Source: Myxococcota bacterium (GTDB taxonomy: Bacteria > Myxococcota_A > UBA9160 > UBA6930). From it: a stretch of 64,000 nt of DNA. The notes beneath the pieces were generated by a model that ran no database searches, was not told the DNA's origin, and was given only the letters and a program-made list of their open reading frames with translations. The stretch spans positions 3,040,001-3,104,000 of the forward strand of contig OZ245015.1 of the NCBI GenBank assembly GCA_965223705.1. Direction: 5' to 3'. The stretch's first letter is position 1, and the number at the start of each line of letters is the position of its first letter. Shown here piece by piece: positions 26,644 to 36,002 of the stretch. The position numbers and the translations under genes are program-made.

Positions 26644-27813
26644 ATGGCGTACGCACTGAACGAAGATCAGGAATTCATTCTCGAAGCGGCTGACCGTTAT
26701 GCGCGAGAGCGCCTGGCGCCGCTCGCGCCTCGCATGGACGAAGATGAATGGTTTCCGATGGAGGAGTTCCGCGCGCTCGGCAAGGAGGGCTACCTGGGGA
26801 TCACGGTGCCACCGGAGCTCGGAGGTGCGGGTCTCGACTTGTGGTCGAGCGGCCTCGTCCTACAGGCCTTCTCGCGTTGGAATCACGCTTTCGGTCTCTC
26901 CTGGGTCGCCCACGAGAACCTCTGCATGAACAACATCTACCGCAACGCGAACGATGACGTGCGGCGACGCTTCATTCCCGGACTGTGCGACGGTACGTTG
27001 ATCGGCGCCCTCGGCCTGACGGAGCCCGGCGCGGGTTCCGATGCGCTCGGCAGCATGGCGACGACGGCGGTGCGGGACGGCGACGACTTCGTGGTGAACG
27101 GCCGCAAGCTGTACATCACGAACGGCCCGGTGGCCGACGTCATCCTCCTGTACGCGAAGACCGATCCCGAGCGGGGTGCGCGCGGCATTTCGGCTTTCGT
27201 CGTCGACATGCACAGCCCGGGTGTGACCATCACCCAGAAGCTGACGAAGATGGGCTTCCGAGGCTCGCCGACCGCCGAGATCGCCTTCGAAGATTGTCGC
27301 GTCCCAGCGGCCAACTTGGTCGGCAAGGTGAACGAAGGCGTGAAGTGCGTCATGAGCGGACTTGATCTCGAGCGCGCGATGATTTCACCCATCTGCGTGG
27401 GAATCGCGGAACGCGCCCTGGATCTCACCGTGGCGTTTGCCAAAGAGCGAGAACAGTTCGGCGAGCCGATCGCGAACTTCCAGATGGTGCAGTCTCATCT
27501 CGTCGACATGTACGTCGCGATGGACACCATGCAGGTCTACAACGCGCGCTGCTTGTCGGCGTTGAACGAACTACCTGCGGGACAAGGGGGCCGCGGTTGG
27601 GCCCACAAGATGTCGGCGGCTTCCGTCATGTACTGCGCCAACGCGATGAACCAGTTGCTCGACAAGGCCTCCCAGGTTCACGGCGGCTACTCCTATATCT
27701 GGGAAACCGAGCTCAATCGGTTGTACCGAAGCATCAAGTTGCTCGAAATCGGCGCCGGAACCACCGAAGTCCGCAAGATCATCATCGCCGAAGAATTGCT
27801 GAAGGAGTCGTAG
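26644..27813 (+). CDS. Acyl-CoA dehydrogenase (isovaleryl-CoA dehydrogenase-like)
   Basis: ALGLTEPGAGSD, NGRKLYITNG, KMGFRGSPT, LDLER, REQFG, EIGAGTTE. Confidence 0.93.
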   Translation: MAYALNEDQEFILEAADRYARERLAPLAPRMDEDEWFPMEEFRALGKEGYLGITVPPELGGAGLDLWSSGLVLQAFSRWNHAFGLSWVAHENLCMNNIYRNANDDVRRRFIPGLCDGTLIGALGLTEPGAGSDALGSMATTAVRDGDDFVVNGRKLYITNGPVADVILLYAKTDPERGARGISAFVVDMHSPGVTITQKLTKMGFRGSPTAEIAFEDCRVPAANLVGKVNEGVKCVMSGLDLERAMISPICVGIAERALDLTVAFAKEREQFGEPIANFQMVQSHLVDMYVAMDTMQVYNARCLSALNELPAGQGGRGWAHKMSAASVMYCANAMNQLLDKASQVHGGYSYIWETELNRLYRSIKLLEIGAGTTEVRKIIIAEELLKES

Positions 27814-29153
27814 TGGCTGGCCACGAGATTACCCGGGCACTGGCGCGATCGGTCGGTCGACTCGAGTTGGCCGATCTTTCGGACGAAGCGCGCGAAGTCG
27901 CGCGGCATTGCCTCCTCGACACCTTGGGCTGCGCTGTCGCCGGCGCCTCGGAAGAGCTCACCGAGATTCTCGTCGCGGAGGTGGCCGCCACGGAAGGCTC
28001 GCAGGTTGCGCGGCTCGTCGGGCGAACGGAGCGCGCTTCGCCTCGCACCGCGGCACTGGTGAGCGGCGCCGCCGCCCACGCGCTCGACTACGACGACACG
28101 CACATGCGAATGTCCGGTCACCCGAGCGTCCCGGTGCTACCCGCCCTGCTGGCGCTCTCTGAAACGCGTCCGCTCACCGGTGCCGAACTCGTCACCGCTT
28201 TGGTCGTCGGCATCGAAACCGAGACGCGACTCGGCGCGTTGATGAACCCCGACCACTACAAGTCGGGCTTCCATGCCACCGGCACGCTCGGTGTGGTGGG
28301 CGCAGCTGCCGCCTGTGCGCGCGCCATGAGCCTCGATGAAGACCGCTTCTGCCACGCGCTCGCTCTCGGGGCGACGCAAGCCGCGGGCTTGAAAGCGAGC
28401 TTTGGCTCGATGGCGAAGCCGCTCCACGCGGGCGCAGCGGCCCAAGCCGGGCTCACGGCGGCGCTCCTCGCGCGCGGTGGGTTCACCGGCAATCTGGCAA
28501 TCCTCGAGTCCGGCCAAGGATTCGCGGCGGCTTACCACGGGAGCGGTCGCGGGCTCGAGGCCATCACCCGTTTCGACCATCAGTTCCTCATCCGCGACAC
28601 GCTCTTCAAGTTCCACGCCGCCTGCTACCTGACCCACGCCGGCATTGACGCGACGAATGCGCTGCTCGCCGAAGGCGTCCGGCCGCAGGACGTGCGCGGC
28701 GTCGAGGTGAAGATCTCGCCGGAGCTCCTCAAGGTGTGCGCGATCCCGGAGCCAGCCACCGGTCTCGAAGGCAAGTTCAGCGTGCGAGGAACCATCGCCA
28801 TGGCGCTCCTCGGCATCGACACGTCGGATCGCCATCGCTTCAGCGATGCGCAGGTCACGGCGCCCGATTACGTGGCGGCGCGCGACAAGGTCCGCTTGAC
28901 CACCGTGGACGGGCAGAGTGAGACCGAGGCCACGGTTGTCCTCGATCTCGGTGACCGGGCCGTCGAAGCGACGCGCGATTCCGGCGTTCCGGCGAAAAAC
29001 CTGGACGAGCAGTGGAAGAAGCTCGTCCATAAGTTCGGGACCCTCGCCCGGCCTGTTCTCGGCGACAAAACCGAGTCGTTGCGCGAAGCGGTCGAGCGCG
29101 TGGAAAGCCTGGAACGGGCCAACGCGCTGCTCGATCTTGCGGTGCCGGCCTAG
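27813..29153 (+). CDS. MmgE/PrpD family protein
   Basis: LLDTLGCAVAG, HALDYDD, HPS, GFHATGT, KPLHAG, KFHAAC, KFS; GTG start overlaps the upstream TAG. Confidence 0.9.
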   Translation: MAGHEITRALARSVGRLELADLSDEAREVARHCLLDTLGCAVAGASEELTEILVAEVAATEGSQVARLVGRTERASPRTAALVSGAAAHALDYDDTHMRMSGHPSVPVLPALLALSETRPLTGAELVTALVVGIETETRLGALMNPDHYKSGFHATGTLGVVGAAAACARAMSLDEDRFCHALALGATQAAGLKASFGSMAKPLHAGAAAQAGLTAALLARGGFTGNLAILESGQGFAAAYHGSGRGLEAITRFDHQFLIRDTLFKFHAACYLTHAGIDATNALLAEGVRPQDVRGVEVKISPELLKVCAIPEPATGLEGKFSVRGTIAMALLGIDTSDRHRFSDAQVTAPDYVAARDKVRLTTVDGQSETEATVVLDLGDRAVEATRDSGVPAKNLDEQWKKLVHKFGTLARPVLGDKTESLREAVERVESLERANALLDLAVPA

Positions 29154-29317
29154 CCCCCAAGGGAAGTCGTTTTCGGCGTCCCAATTCTTGCGTCCCGGAG
29201 TTATCCTACGGGGGACTGATCCCCTGCGCGGCGAGCCGATGCAGCTCCGCGCGACCGCGCCCGCGTTCCCGGTGGAGCCTGGGCTCGCCAACCGACTGAA
29301 TCGATTCGGAGTAAGCC

Positions 29318-31033
29318 ATGGCACAATTCGACACTGTCATCCTCAACGGCACCATCGTCGATGGGACCCGAGCGGACCGTTTCCGCGGGAGCGTCGGCAT
29401 CAAGGACGGAACCATCGCGGCGCTCACCCGCGGTGACCTCGACGCGAGCCAAGCCGATCGCGTACTCGACGCCTCGGGGATGATCGTCGCCCCCGGATTC
29501 GTCGACCTCCACACACACTACGACGCGCAGATCCAGTGGGACCCGTATGCCACGCTGTCCGGCTGGCACGGTGTGACGTCGTTGGTTCTCGGAAACTGCG
29601 GGTTCGGGTTCGCACCGGTGCGCCCCGAAGAGCGCGACCGCGCGATGCTCAGCATGTCGCGCGTCGAGGCGATTCCCTTCGACGCAATGAAGGCGGGCAT
29701 GCTCTGGGACTGGGTGACGTTCCCGGAATGGTTGGAAACGCTCGATCGGATTCCGAAGGGTGTCAACGTCCTGTCCTACGTCCCGGTGGGTCCGCTCATG
29801 ATCTGGGTGATGGGCCTCGAGGACGCGAAGAAGCGCAAGCCGACGGAAGCGGAAGTCAAGGAGATGTGCCGGCTGTTGGAAATCTCGCTCGACGCCGGTG
29901 CGTGCGGCTGGTCCGTCCAGCGGCTGGGCGACGGCTTCATGTCCGTGCAGCGCGATTTCGACGGCACGCCGATGGTGACGGACTGCATGGACGACGATCT
30001 GTGTCTGGCGTTCGCCGAAGTCCTCAAGCGACGCGGCAGCGACGGACACATCCAGATCACCCAGGCGAAGGACGACATTCGCGAGGACATGAAGTTCGTC
30101 GAGAAGCTCGCGGAAGCGTCGGGATGCCCGGTCCTCTACAACGCGATTTTCGCGAACAACTACCACCCGGTGCAGCACCGTCGCATGATCGAGTGGGTGA
30201 ACGAGTGTCAGGCGCGTGGCAACCAGGTTTGGGGGCAACTCCTGACCACCGGCAATGACCTCACCTACACGTTCGAAGACTTCAACCTTCTCGACGGAAC
30301 CGATTGCTGGCGCGAAGTCACCCTCGGGACCGTGGAAGAGCGCAAAGCCAAGATGCAGATTCCCGAGAACCGCGAAGCCCTGCGCCACGACTACGATCAC
30401 GGTCGCATGCCGATCGCGACGGGTCCGGTGCCCGAGTTCATCATCCTGGAATGCAAGAAGCCCGCGAACAAGAAATATGAGGGCAAGCACCTCCGCGAGC
30501 TCGAGGCGATGAACGGGCAACACCCCATCGACACCTTGCTCGATATCGTGGTCGACGAAGATCTGCAGACCGTCATCTTCACTCCGCCGTTCAACGACGA
30601 GCCGGAGCTGAACAAGGAACTGCTCAACTCCGAGTACACGGTGCCCGGGGTCTCCGACGGCGGCGCACACACGAAGTTCGTGACGCTGGGCTCGTTCACG
30701 ACGGACTTCCTGGCGGACTTCACGCGAGACAAGGAGCTCTGCTCCCTCGAAGAAGCGCACTACCGACTGTCCGCTCTGCCGTCGAAGATGGCCGGCTTCC
30801 ACGATCGGGGCGTCCTCGCCGAGGGCAAGCCGGCGGACGTCGTCGTCTACGACCTCGAGCGATTGCGATCGACGGAGCCCGAGATCGCTCACGATTTCCC
30901 GGCCGGCGAATGGCGTCGGATTCGCAAGGCGGACGGCTACCGCTGGATCATGGTGAACGGGGAAGTCACGTTTGAAGACGGGGAGTGCACGGGGAACACC
31001 CCGGGCAAGCTCCTGCGGCACGGCCAGGGCTAG
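29318..31033 (+). CDS. N-acyl-D-amino-acid deacylase-like amidohydrolase
   Basis: VAPGFVDLHTHYDAQ, GVTSLVLGNCG, SDGGAH, DRGVL, ADVVVYD. Confidence 0.9.
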   Translation: MAQFDTVILNGTIVDGTRADRFRGSVGIKDGTIAALTRGDLDASQADRVLDASGMIVAPGFVDLHTHYDAQIQWDPYATLSGWHGVTSLVLGNCGFGFAPVRPEERDRAMLSMSRVEAIPFDAMKAGMLWDWVTFPEWLETLDRIPKGVNVLSYVPVGPLMIWVMGLEDAKKRKPTEAEVKEMCRLLEISLDAGACGWSVQRLGDGFMSVQRDFDGTPMVTDCMDDDLCLAFAEVLKRRGSDGHIQITQAKDDIREDMKFVEKLAEASGCPVLYNAIFANNYHPVQHRRMIEWVNECQARGNQVWGQLLTTGNDLTYTFEDFNLLDGTDCWREVTLGTVEERKAKMQIPENREALRHDYDHGRMPIATGPVPEFIILECKKPANKKYEGKHLRELEAMNGQHPIDTLLDIVVDEDLQTVIFTPPFNDEPELNKELLNSEYTVPGVSDGGAHTKFVTLGSFTTDFLADFTRDKELCSLEEAHYRLSALPSKMAGFHDRGVLAEGKPADVVVYDLERLRSTEPEIAHDFPAGEWRRIRKADGYRWIMVNGEVTFEDGECTGNTPGKLLRHGQG

Positions 31034-31056
31034 GCGCCGACGCAGAAAGTCACGAT

Positions 31057-31099
31057 AAGGGGCCGGGGCGCGACGACGCGCTCCGGCCCCTTCTTTCTT
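31057..31099 (+). terminator. Rho-independent terminator
   Basis: AAGGGGCCGGGGCGCG-acga-CGCGCTCCGGCCCCTT followed by CTTTCTT, 24 nt after the amidohydrolase stop. Confidence 0.75.
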
Positions 31100-31159
31100 G
31101 ACGCGAGCGGCCCCTCTGCGAGAGCATGCCCGCCGCAACGCCCCGAAGAGGAGACTCCA

Positions 31160-31894
31160 ATGGCCACTGAGCGCGTAACGATTCAAGTATCCGATGGTTC
31201 CGAGATGGGAGGCTACCTGGCCACGCCCGAAGGACCCGGCCCCCACCCGTCCGTGATCGTCTGGATGGAGATTTTCGGCGTCAACGCCCACATCCGCGAC
31301 GTGACCGAGCGCGTGGCTGCCGAGGGTTACGTCGCATTGGCACCGGATTTCTTTCATCGCTCCGCCCCGGGCCTCGAACTCGGCTACGACGAAGACGGCT
31401 TCACCGAGGGCATCAAGCACATGACCGCGTTGGTCTCCGAGCAGATGGCGGACGACGCGCAGTCGGCGGTCGCGTACTTGCGGGGACGCGGCGACACGAC
31501 GGATAAGGTCGGTGTCATGGGCTTCTGCATCGGCGGGCACATGACGTACCTGACGGCTGCGGAAACCGACGTGGCGGCGGCCGTGTCGTTCTACGGAGGC
31601 GGAATTTCCGCGCCCCAGGGCCCGGGTGGCGGCCCCTCCACGGTGAGCCGCACGCCGAAGATTTCGGGCCGTATCGTGTGCCTCTACGGGGCGAAGGACG
31701 AGCACATCCCCCTCGACCAGGTCGACGCCGTCCGCAGCGCGCTGCAGGCGGCCGGTACGGATCACGAAGTCGTGGTCTACGAAGACGCCGATCACGGTTT
31801 CTTCTGCAACATGCGCGACAGCTACCACGAAAGTTCCGCCGCAGACGCCTGGACACGGGTGAAGGCGACCTTCAACGAGCACCTTCGCGGCTGA
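31160..31894 (+). CDS. Dienelactone hydrolase family protein
   Basis: EIFGVN, GFCIGG (Cys nucleophile), GAKD, DADHGF. Confidence 0.92.
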   Translation: MATERVTIQVSDGSEMGGYLATPEGPGPHPSVIVWMEIFGVNAHIRDVTERVAAEGYVALAPDFFHRSAPGLELGYDEDGFTEGIKHMTALVSEQMADDAQSAVAYLRGRGDTTDKVGVMGFCIGGHMTYLTAAETDVAAAVSFYGGGISAPQGPGGGPSTVSRTPKISGRIVCLYGAKDEHIPLDQVDAVRSALQAAGTDHEVVVYEDADHGFFCNMRDSYHESSAADAWTRVKATFNEHLRG

Positions 31895-31899
31895 GCCCG

Positions 31900-32475
31900 G
31901 TGAAGCTCACGTGTGTGATCGGAGCCGCGACCCGGCCCGGTCGGTTGGCTGCGGGTATGCAGTACCTGGCCGACCGGCTTCGGGGCGGCTCCGGAGTGAC
32001 GGGCGTCGACGTGGTGGACCTATCGCAGTGCTGCGTGGAAATCTGCGACGGCCGCCCGGAAAAGGATTACGGGGCCGATACCCGCGCGGCGATCTCGACC
32101 ATCGGCGCAGCGGACGCGGTCGTGTTCGGTTCGCCGGTGTACCGGGCGACCTATCCAGGAGCGCTCAAGAATCTCCTCGACCACTTGCCCGTCGAGGCGC
32201 TGCGCGACAAACCCGTGGGCGTGGTGGCCATGGCCGCGAGCGATCACCACTTCCTGGGCGTCGATAGCCACATGCGGTTCGTCTTGGCGTGGTTCGGCGC
32301 ACTCACGTTGCCGAACAGCGTCTACTTAAAGAACGGCGACTTCGAAGACGGCGCACTGACGAGCGAATCGGGTCGTCGCGACATGGACGACCTAGCCGAT
32401 GCGTTGATCGCGGTGACCGACAAGCTCGGCGGCACCCCGCTTGGCCCCACGCCGCTCGCTGCGAAGCCTTGGTAG
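31900..32475 (+). CDS. NAD(P)H-dependent FMN reductase (SsuE/MsuE-like)
   Basis: GSPVYRATYPGALKNLLD, KPVG; GTG start at 31900. Confidence 0.88.
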   Translation: MKLTCVIGAATRPGRLAAGMQYLADRLRGGSGVTGVDVVDLSQCCVEICDGRPEKDYGADTRAAISTIGAADAVVFGSPVYRATYPGALKNLLDHLPVEALRDKPVGVVAMAASDHHFLGVDSHMRFVLAWFGALTLPNSVYLKNGDFEDGALTSESGRRDMDDLADALIAVTDKLGGTPLGPTPLAAKPW

Positions 32476-33761
32476 ATTTCGCCGCTTATACGCTCCCCTC
32501 GCGCGGTCCGAGGGACGGTCGAAAAACCGACGCGAAGACCGCATTCGAAGCGATTCGCGATGGCTCCCGTGTGTTCCTCGGTGCGGGTTGCGGCGCGCCG
32601 AGCGGACTCGCCGCCGAACTCGACCGCCTGCGCGATCGCTTCACGGCCCTCGAGCTGGTTTCCGCCCTTCACCTGGGCCCGCTCGCGGTGTTCGACCATC
32701 CCGGGGAGCCCTTCACTTTCACGACGCTGCAAGCGTCGGGCTACATGCGTCCCTTGATCGAGTCCGGACACTGCCAAGTCCTTCCCTGTCGGTACTGGAA
32801 CTTCTCGCACCTCTACGGACCGGAAGGCGATCGCCCGGTCGATGCCGCGCTCGTACAGGTCAGCCCGCCGGGTCCGGAGGGCCGCTACAGCCTGGGGACG
32901 AACGTCGGGGGCACGATCGACATCGTCAACTCGGCACCGCTCGTCATCGCGCAAGTCAACCCGCAAATGCCCTACACGTTCGGCGCCGGCGAGCTCGAAG
33001 CGTCCGCGTTCGATTACCTCGTCGACATCGAAGAGCCGCTCCACGAAATGCCGGCACCGTCACCGGACGAAACGACCCACGCGATCGCGGCCTTTGCGGC
33101 CGAAGAGGTTGAAGACGAAGCAACGCTCCAGTTCGGAATCGGCGCCCTGCCGGACAGCATTCTCCGAAACCTCGAGAACCACCGCGATCTCGGGATCCAC
33201 GGCGGAATGATCAGCAGCGGAGTTGCGAGGCTCCTCGAAAGCGGAGCCATCACCGGGCGAAAGAAGACCGCCGACCGCGACGCGCTGATCGCGGCCGAGG
33301 TCATCGGCAACCGAGAGATCTTCGATTGGGTCCATCGCAATCCCGCGGTGTGCATGGTTCCCGCGGCGTACAGCCACGGTGCCCCGACCCTCGCCGCATG
33401 CCACCGCTTCACCGCCATCAATTCGGCCGTCGAAATTACTCTCGACGGCACGATCGCCGCTGAAACCGCTGGGCGTCGCGTGATCTCGGGCCCCGGAGGC
33501 CAGCCGGACTTCGCCATCGCCGCCTCGATCGCACCGGGCGGGCGCAGCATCTTGGCGCTCCCCTCGACCGCCACGCGCGGCGAGCGGTCCCGGATCGTCC
33601 GGGAACTCGAGCCGGGCGCCGTCGTCACCGTGCCCCGCTACCTGGCCGACCGTGTCGTGACCGAATTCGGTGTCGCCCGCCTTCGCGGGCTCACCGTGCC
33701 GGAGCGCGCCGAGGCCCTGCGCGAGATTGCCCACCCGCAATTCCGCGACGCCCTCGCGTAG
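32469..33761 (+). CDS. Acetyl-CoA hydrolase/transferase family (4-hydroxybutyrate CoA-transferase-like)
   Basis: VQVSPP, AQVNPQMP, LQFGIGALP, INSAVEI, SGPGGQPDF, VVTEFG, IAHPQFR. TTG start is inferred. Confidence 0.88.
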   Translation: MVDFAAYTLPSRGPRDGRKTDAKTAFEAIRDGSRVFLGAGCGAPSGLAAELDRLRDRFTALELVSALHLGPLAVFDHPGEPFTFTTLQASGYMRPLIESGHCQVLPCRYWNFSHLYGPEGDRPVDAALVQVSPPGPEGRYSLGTNVGGTIDIVNSAPLVIAQVNPQMPYTFGAGELEASAFDYLVDIEEPLHEMPAPSPDETTHAIAAFAAEEVEDEATLQFGIGALPDSILRNLENHRDLGIHGGMISSGVARLLESGAITGRKKTADRDALIAAEVIGNREIFDWVHRNPAVCMVPAAYSHGAPTLAACHRFTAINSAVEITLDGTIAAETAGRRVISGPGGQPDFAIAASIAPGGRSILALPSTATRGERSRIVRELEPGAVVTVPRYLADRVVTEFGVARLRGLTVPERAEALREIAHPQFRDALA

Positions 33762-33764
33762 CCT

Positions 33765-35084
33765 TCAGGCCATCCGGTAGTTGCGCGCTCGTTCGCGCAA
33801 GGCCCGCACGCGGTTACCGATCGCTTCGTGGTGACGTTCGAGAAGCGACGCGGCGAGAATCACCGAGATCCCCAGAGCCGAAAGGCTCGTCCAATGGCCG
33901 TACAACTCGATGGCTTGAGCGACGTGGCGGAGGAGCCCCGCAAGGGCGGTTAGCGCTCCGCACAGGAGAAGCGCGTTCCGCTCGAAGAAAAAGCCGTAGC
34001 CGGCCGCGAGAATACCGACGGCCAGCGCGAGAAAGCTCGCCAACACACTCGGCGCCAGGAATAGGCTTCCCGCGACGGCTGCGAGAGCGACCGCGACGGC
34101 CGCGTTCCGATAGGTGCTCGCGTGACGCGCCTGCACGAGCGACATGCCGAGGAACGTCCCCGCCATCGGGAAGGCGCCCATCGGCAGGAACGTCGCCGAC
34201 GGCAGTGCGAACGCAAGGTGCGCCGCGATGGCGAAGCTGCCCCAGCCGAGAGCCGCAAAGACGACGGCTGCGAATTCGCAGAGCGCCGCGAAGCGTTCCT
34301 TCGCCCACCCGTACGCGCACAAGAAGAACAGGGAGGACGCCGCCAAGCACGCGACAGCGACCATGAAGAGGGAGAGTTCGTAGTGCAGAACGCTCCGTAG
34401 CACGAGCATGGCGAGCGGAAGCGCGAGCATCGCGCGCACGATCCAACCTTCGCCCGTGCGCATCGCCGGCTCGCGACTCCAGTGCTTCCACTCGAGCGTC
34501 GCGATCGCAGCGAGGAGGATCGCCAAGAGCGCGGCCATCGCTTCGGGTGCCCGTGTCGGAATGAGCAGCGCCGCATTCGCCACCAGAAACACCGCGGTCA
34601 GCGGTCGCGCTTTCGTTCTCACGAGCGACAGCATGGACAGGAATCCGATCAGTGTGACGACCACCAGGGTCGCAGCGACGGTCGCAAGAGCTTGTATCGG
34701 ACCGGGAGCAACCCACTTCGCGTAGCGCGCCACGTCGCCGGTGGCGCCGTCCCAACTGAACTGCGAGTAGACGAGCCCGCCCAAGATGCAGAAGAGCGCG
34801 GGCACGATCCCGACCGCGAGCGCCATGAACGTCCTTGCGCCTTTGCTCTCGCGGATTTGCACGGCACAGAAAAGCCCGATCGCCGACAGCACGCCGCTCT
34901 GCGCGAGGAGCGTGAAGTAGCGCGTGAGGTCGTTCCCTCGCTCCCAGTGCTGGAACAGGAAGGTCCCGGCTGCGGCAACCACCACGGCGGCTCCAGAGGC
35001 CCGCAGAACTCGGGTAAGCAAAGAAATCCGTCGCACCGGTGACGACAGGGATCGCTGTTTGTCGCAGTCATTGTGTTCGACCAT
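33765..35084 (-). CDS. Uncharacterised polytopic membrane protein (about 12 or more TM segments), downstream of PspA
   Basis: 439 aa, almost entirely hydrophobic segments; ATG at 35084 with a GAGG RBS, 26 nt after the pspA-like stop. Confidence 0.75.
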   Translation of the reverse strand: MVEHNDCDKQRSLSSPVRRISLLTRVLRASGAAVVVAAAGTFLFQHWERGNDLTRYFTLLAQSGVLSAIGLFCAVQIRESKGARTFMALAVGIVPALFCILGGLVYSQFSWDGATGDVARYAKWVAPGPIQALATVAATLVVVTLIGFLSMLSLVRTKARPLTAVFLVANAALLIPTRAPEAMAALLAILLAAIATLEWKHWSREPAMRTGEGWIVRAMLALPLAMLVLRSVLHYELSLFMVAVACLAASSLFFLCAYGWAKERFAALCEFAAVVFAALGWGSFAIAAHLAFALPSATFLPMGAFPMAGTFLGMSLVQARHASTYRNAAVAVALAAVAGSLFLAPSVLASFLALAVGILAAGYGFFFERNALLLCGALTALAGLLRHVAQAIELYGHWTSLSALGISVILAASLLERHHEAIGNRVRALRERARNYRMA

Positions 35085-35110
35085 GGGGGTACCTCGGGAA
35101 AGAGAGTTGT

Positions 35111-35776
35111 CTAGGCGCGCGGCGTCTTGGGCTCGTCGTTCTCTTGCGACGCGAGGAGCTCCTCGAGTTCGTCGCGCAGTGCTTCGTCGGCTTCTTCCTG
35201 TGTCAGCTCGAAAGCCAGACGATCCCCGGAGTCGCTGCACCCGGCGACGAGTTCGCGCTCGGTGATGCGCGCGTTCCAGCGATCGAACACCTCGTCGAGT
35301 TCGGCTCCAGGCGAGCATTCCCCGACGGCTGCCAGCGCTTCCGCTCGGGATTGGCGCGTGCGCATGAGATTGCGCTGCGTCCGGAGCTGTTCGAGGCGTT
35401 CTTCCACGCGCCGGATATCCCCGGCGAGCTGGGTTTCGATCCGCTCGTGCTCGGAGACGCGCTCTTCGAACTCCTTCGCGCGCCGCTCCGCGTTCTTGCT
35501 GCGCGCAAGGCAAGCCAAAGCGCGTTCACGGTCCGAATCCGCCAGCCGCTTGGCGCGGTCGCGCCAGCGGGCGATACCCGCCCGCTCCTCGTCGAGTCGC
35601 TCGCGCAAATTCCGGCCGTCCTCCCGCACCCGCCCCATCTGGACCTTGGCCCGGGCGGCGTGCCGCTGAAGGTCTCCGATGGCGCTGTCCGCCAACGCTT
35701 CGTGGTTCTCGATCATGCTCACCATCCAGTCGACCCGGGAGACGAGCCCCGCGCGGAGGTGTTGCCAACGATTCAT
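35111..35776 (-). CDS. PspA/IM30 (bacterial ESCRT-III-like) family protein
   Basis: 221 aa coiled-coil; IENHEALADSAI, W...A.......A, VFDRWNARI and EALRDELEEL follow the PspA pattern; GAGGAG RBS. Confidence 0.8.
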   Translation of the reverse strand: MNRWQHLRAGLVSRVDWMVSMIENHEALADSAIGDLQRHAARAKVQMGRVREDGRNLRERLDEERAGIARWRDRAKRLADSDRERALACLARSKNAERRAKEFEERVSEHERIETQLAGDIRRVEERLEQLRTQRNLMRTRQSRAEALAAVGECSPGAELDEVFDRWNARITERELVAGCSDSGDRLAFELTQEEADEALRDELEELLASQENDEPKTPRA

Positions 35777-35823
35777 TGCGATCTCCTCTAGACCGGGATC
35801 AGTCCCGGTACCCGGGCTGTAGA

Positions 35824-35837
35824 GCAAGCCCCGTACC
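35824..35837 (-). promoter_or_regulatory. Putative sigma54 (-24/-12) promoter of the pspA-like operon
   Basis: Minus strand cGGTACGGGGCTTGCt matches GG-N10-GC (consensus TGGCAC-N5-TTGC). An AT-rich tract at about 35848-35905 lies upstream, as expected for IHF/UAS. Confidence 0.62.
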
Positions 35838-36002
35838 GGAAACGGAGATTTCAAATAATCAGTATCGGTTTCGGCTAGTTAGACGCGAAGTTGCTGATTG
35901 GAATACACGAGTTCTCTACGCGCTTTCGTACATCCTATGCAGGGTTCCGATCATCTATTGACCGGTCCATTGCGCCTCGGCTCTCGTGGTAACCTGCCAC
36001 GG

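Noticed and set aside
29201..31882. 893-aa minus-strand ORF and similar long shadow ORFs (e.g. 52609-54663 +, 11414-12847 -, 58931-60214 -)
   Set aside because: They lie antisense to well-supported genes and contain no recognisable motifs; such stop-poor shadows are expected in high-GC DNA.
35777..36002. AT-richer stretch as a horizontally acquired island or mobile-element scar
   Set aside because: It is only about 200 nt, has no terminal repeats or transposase, and is explained as a divergent promoter region (sigma54 site plus extended -10).
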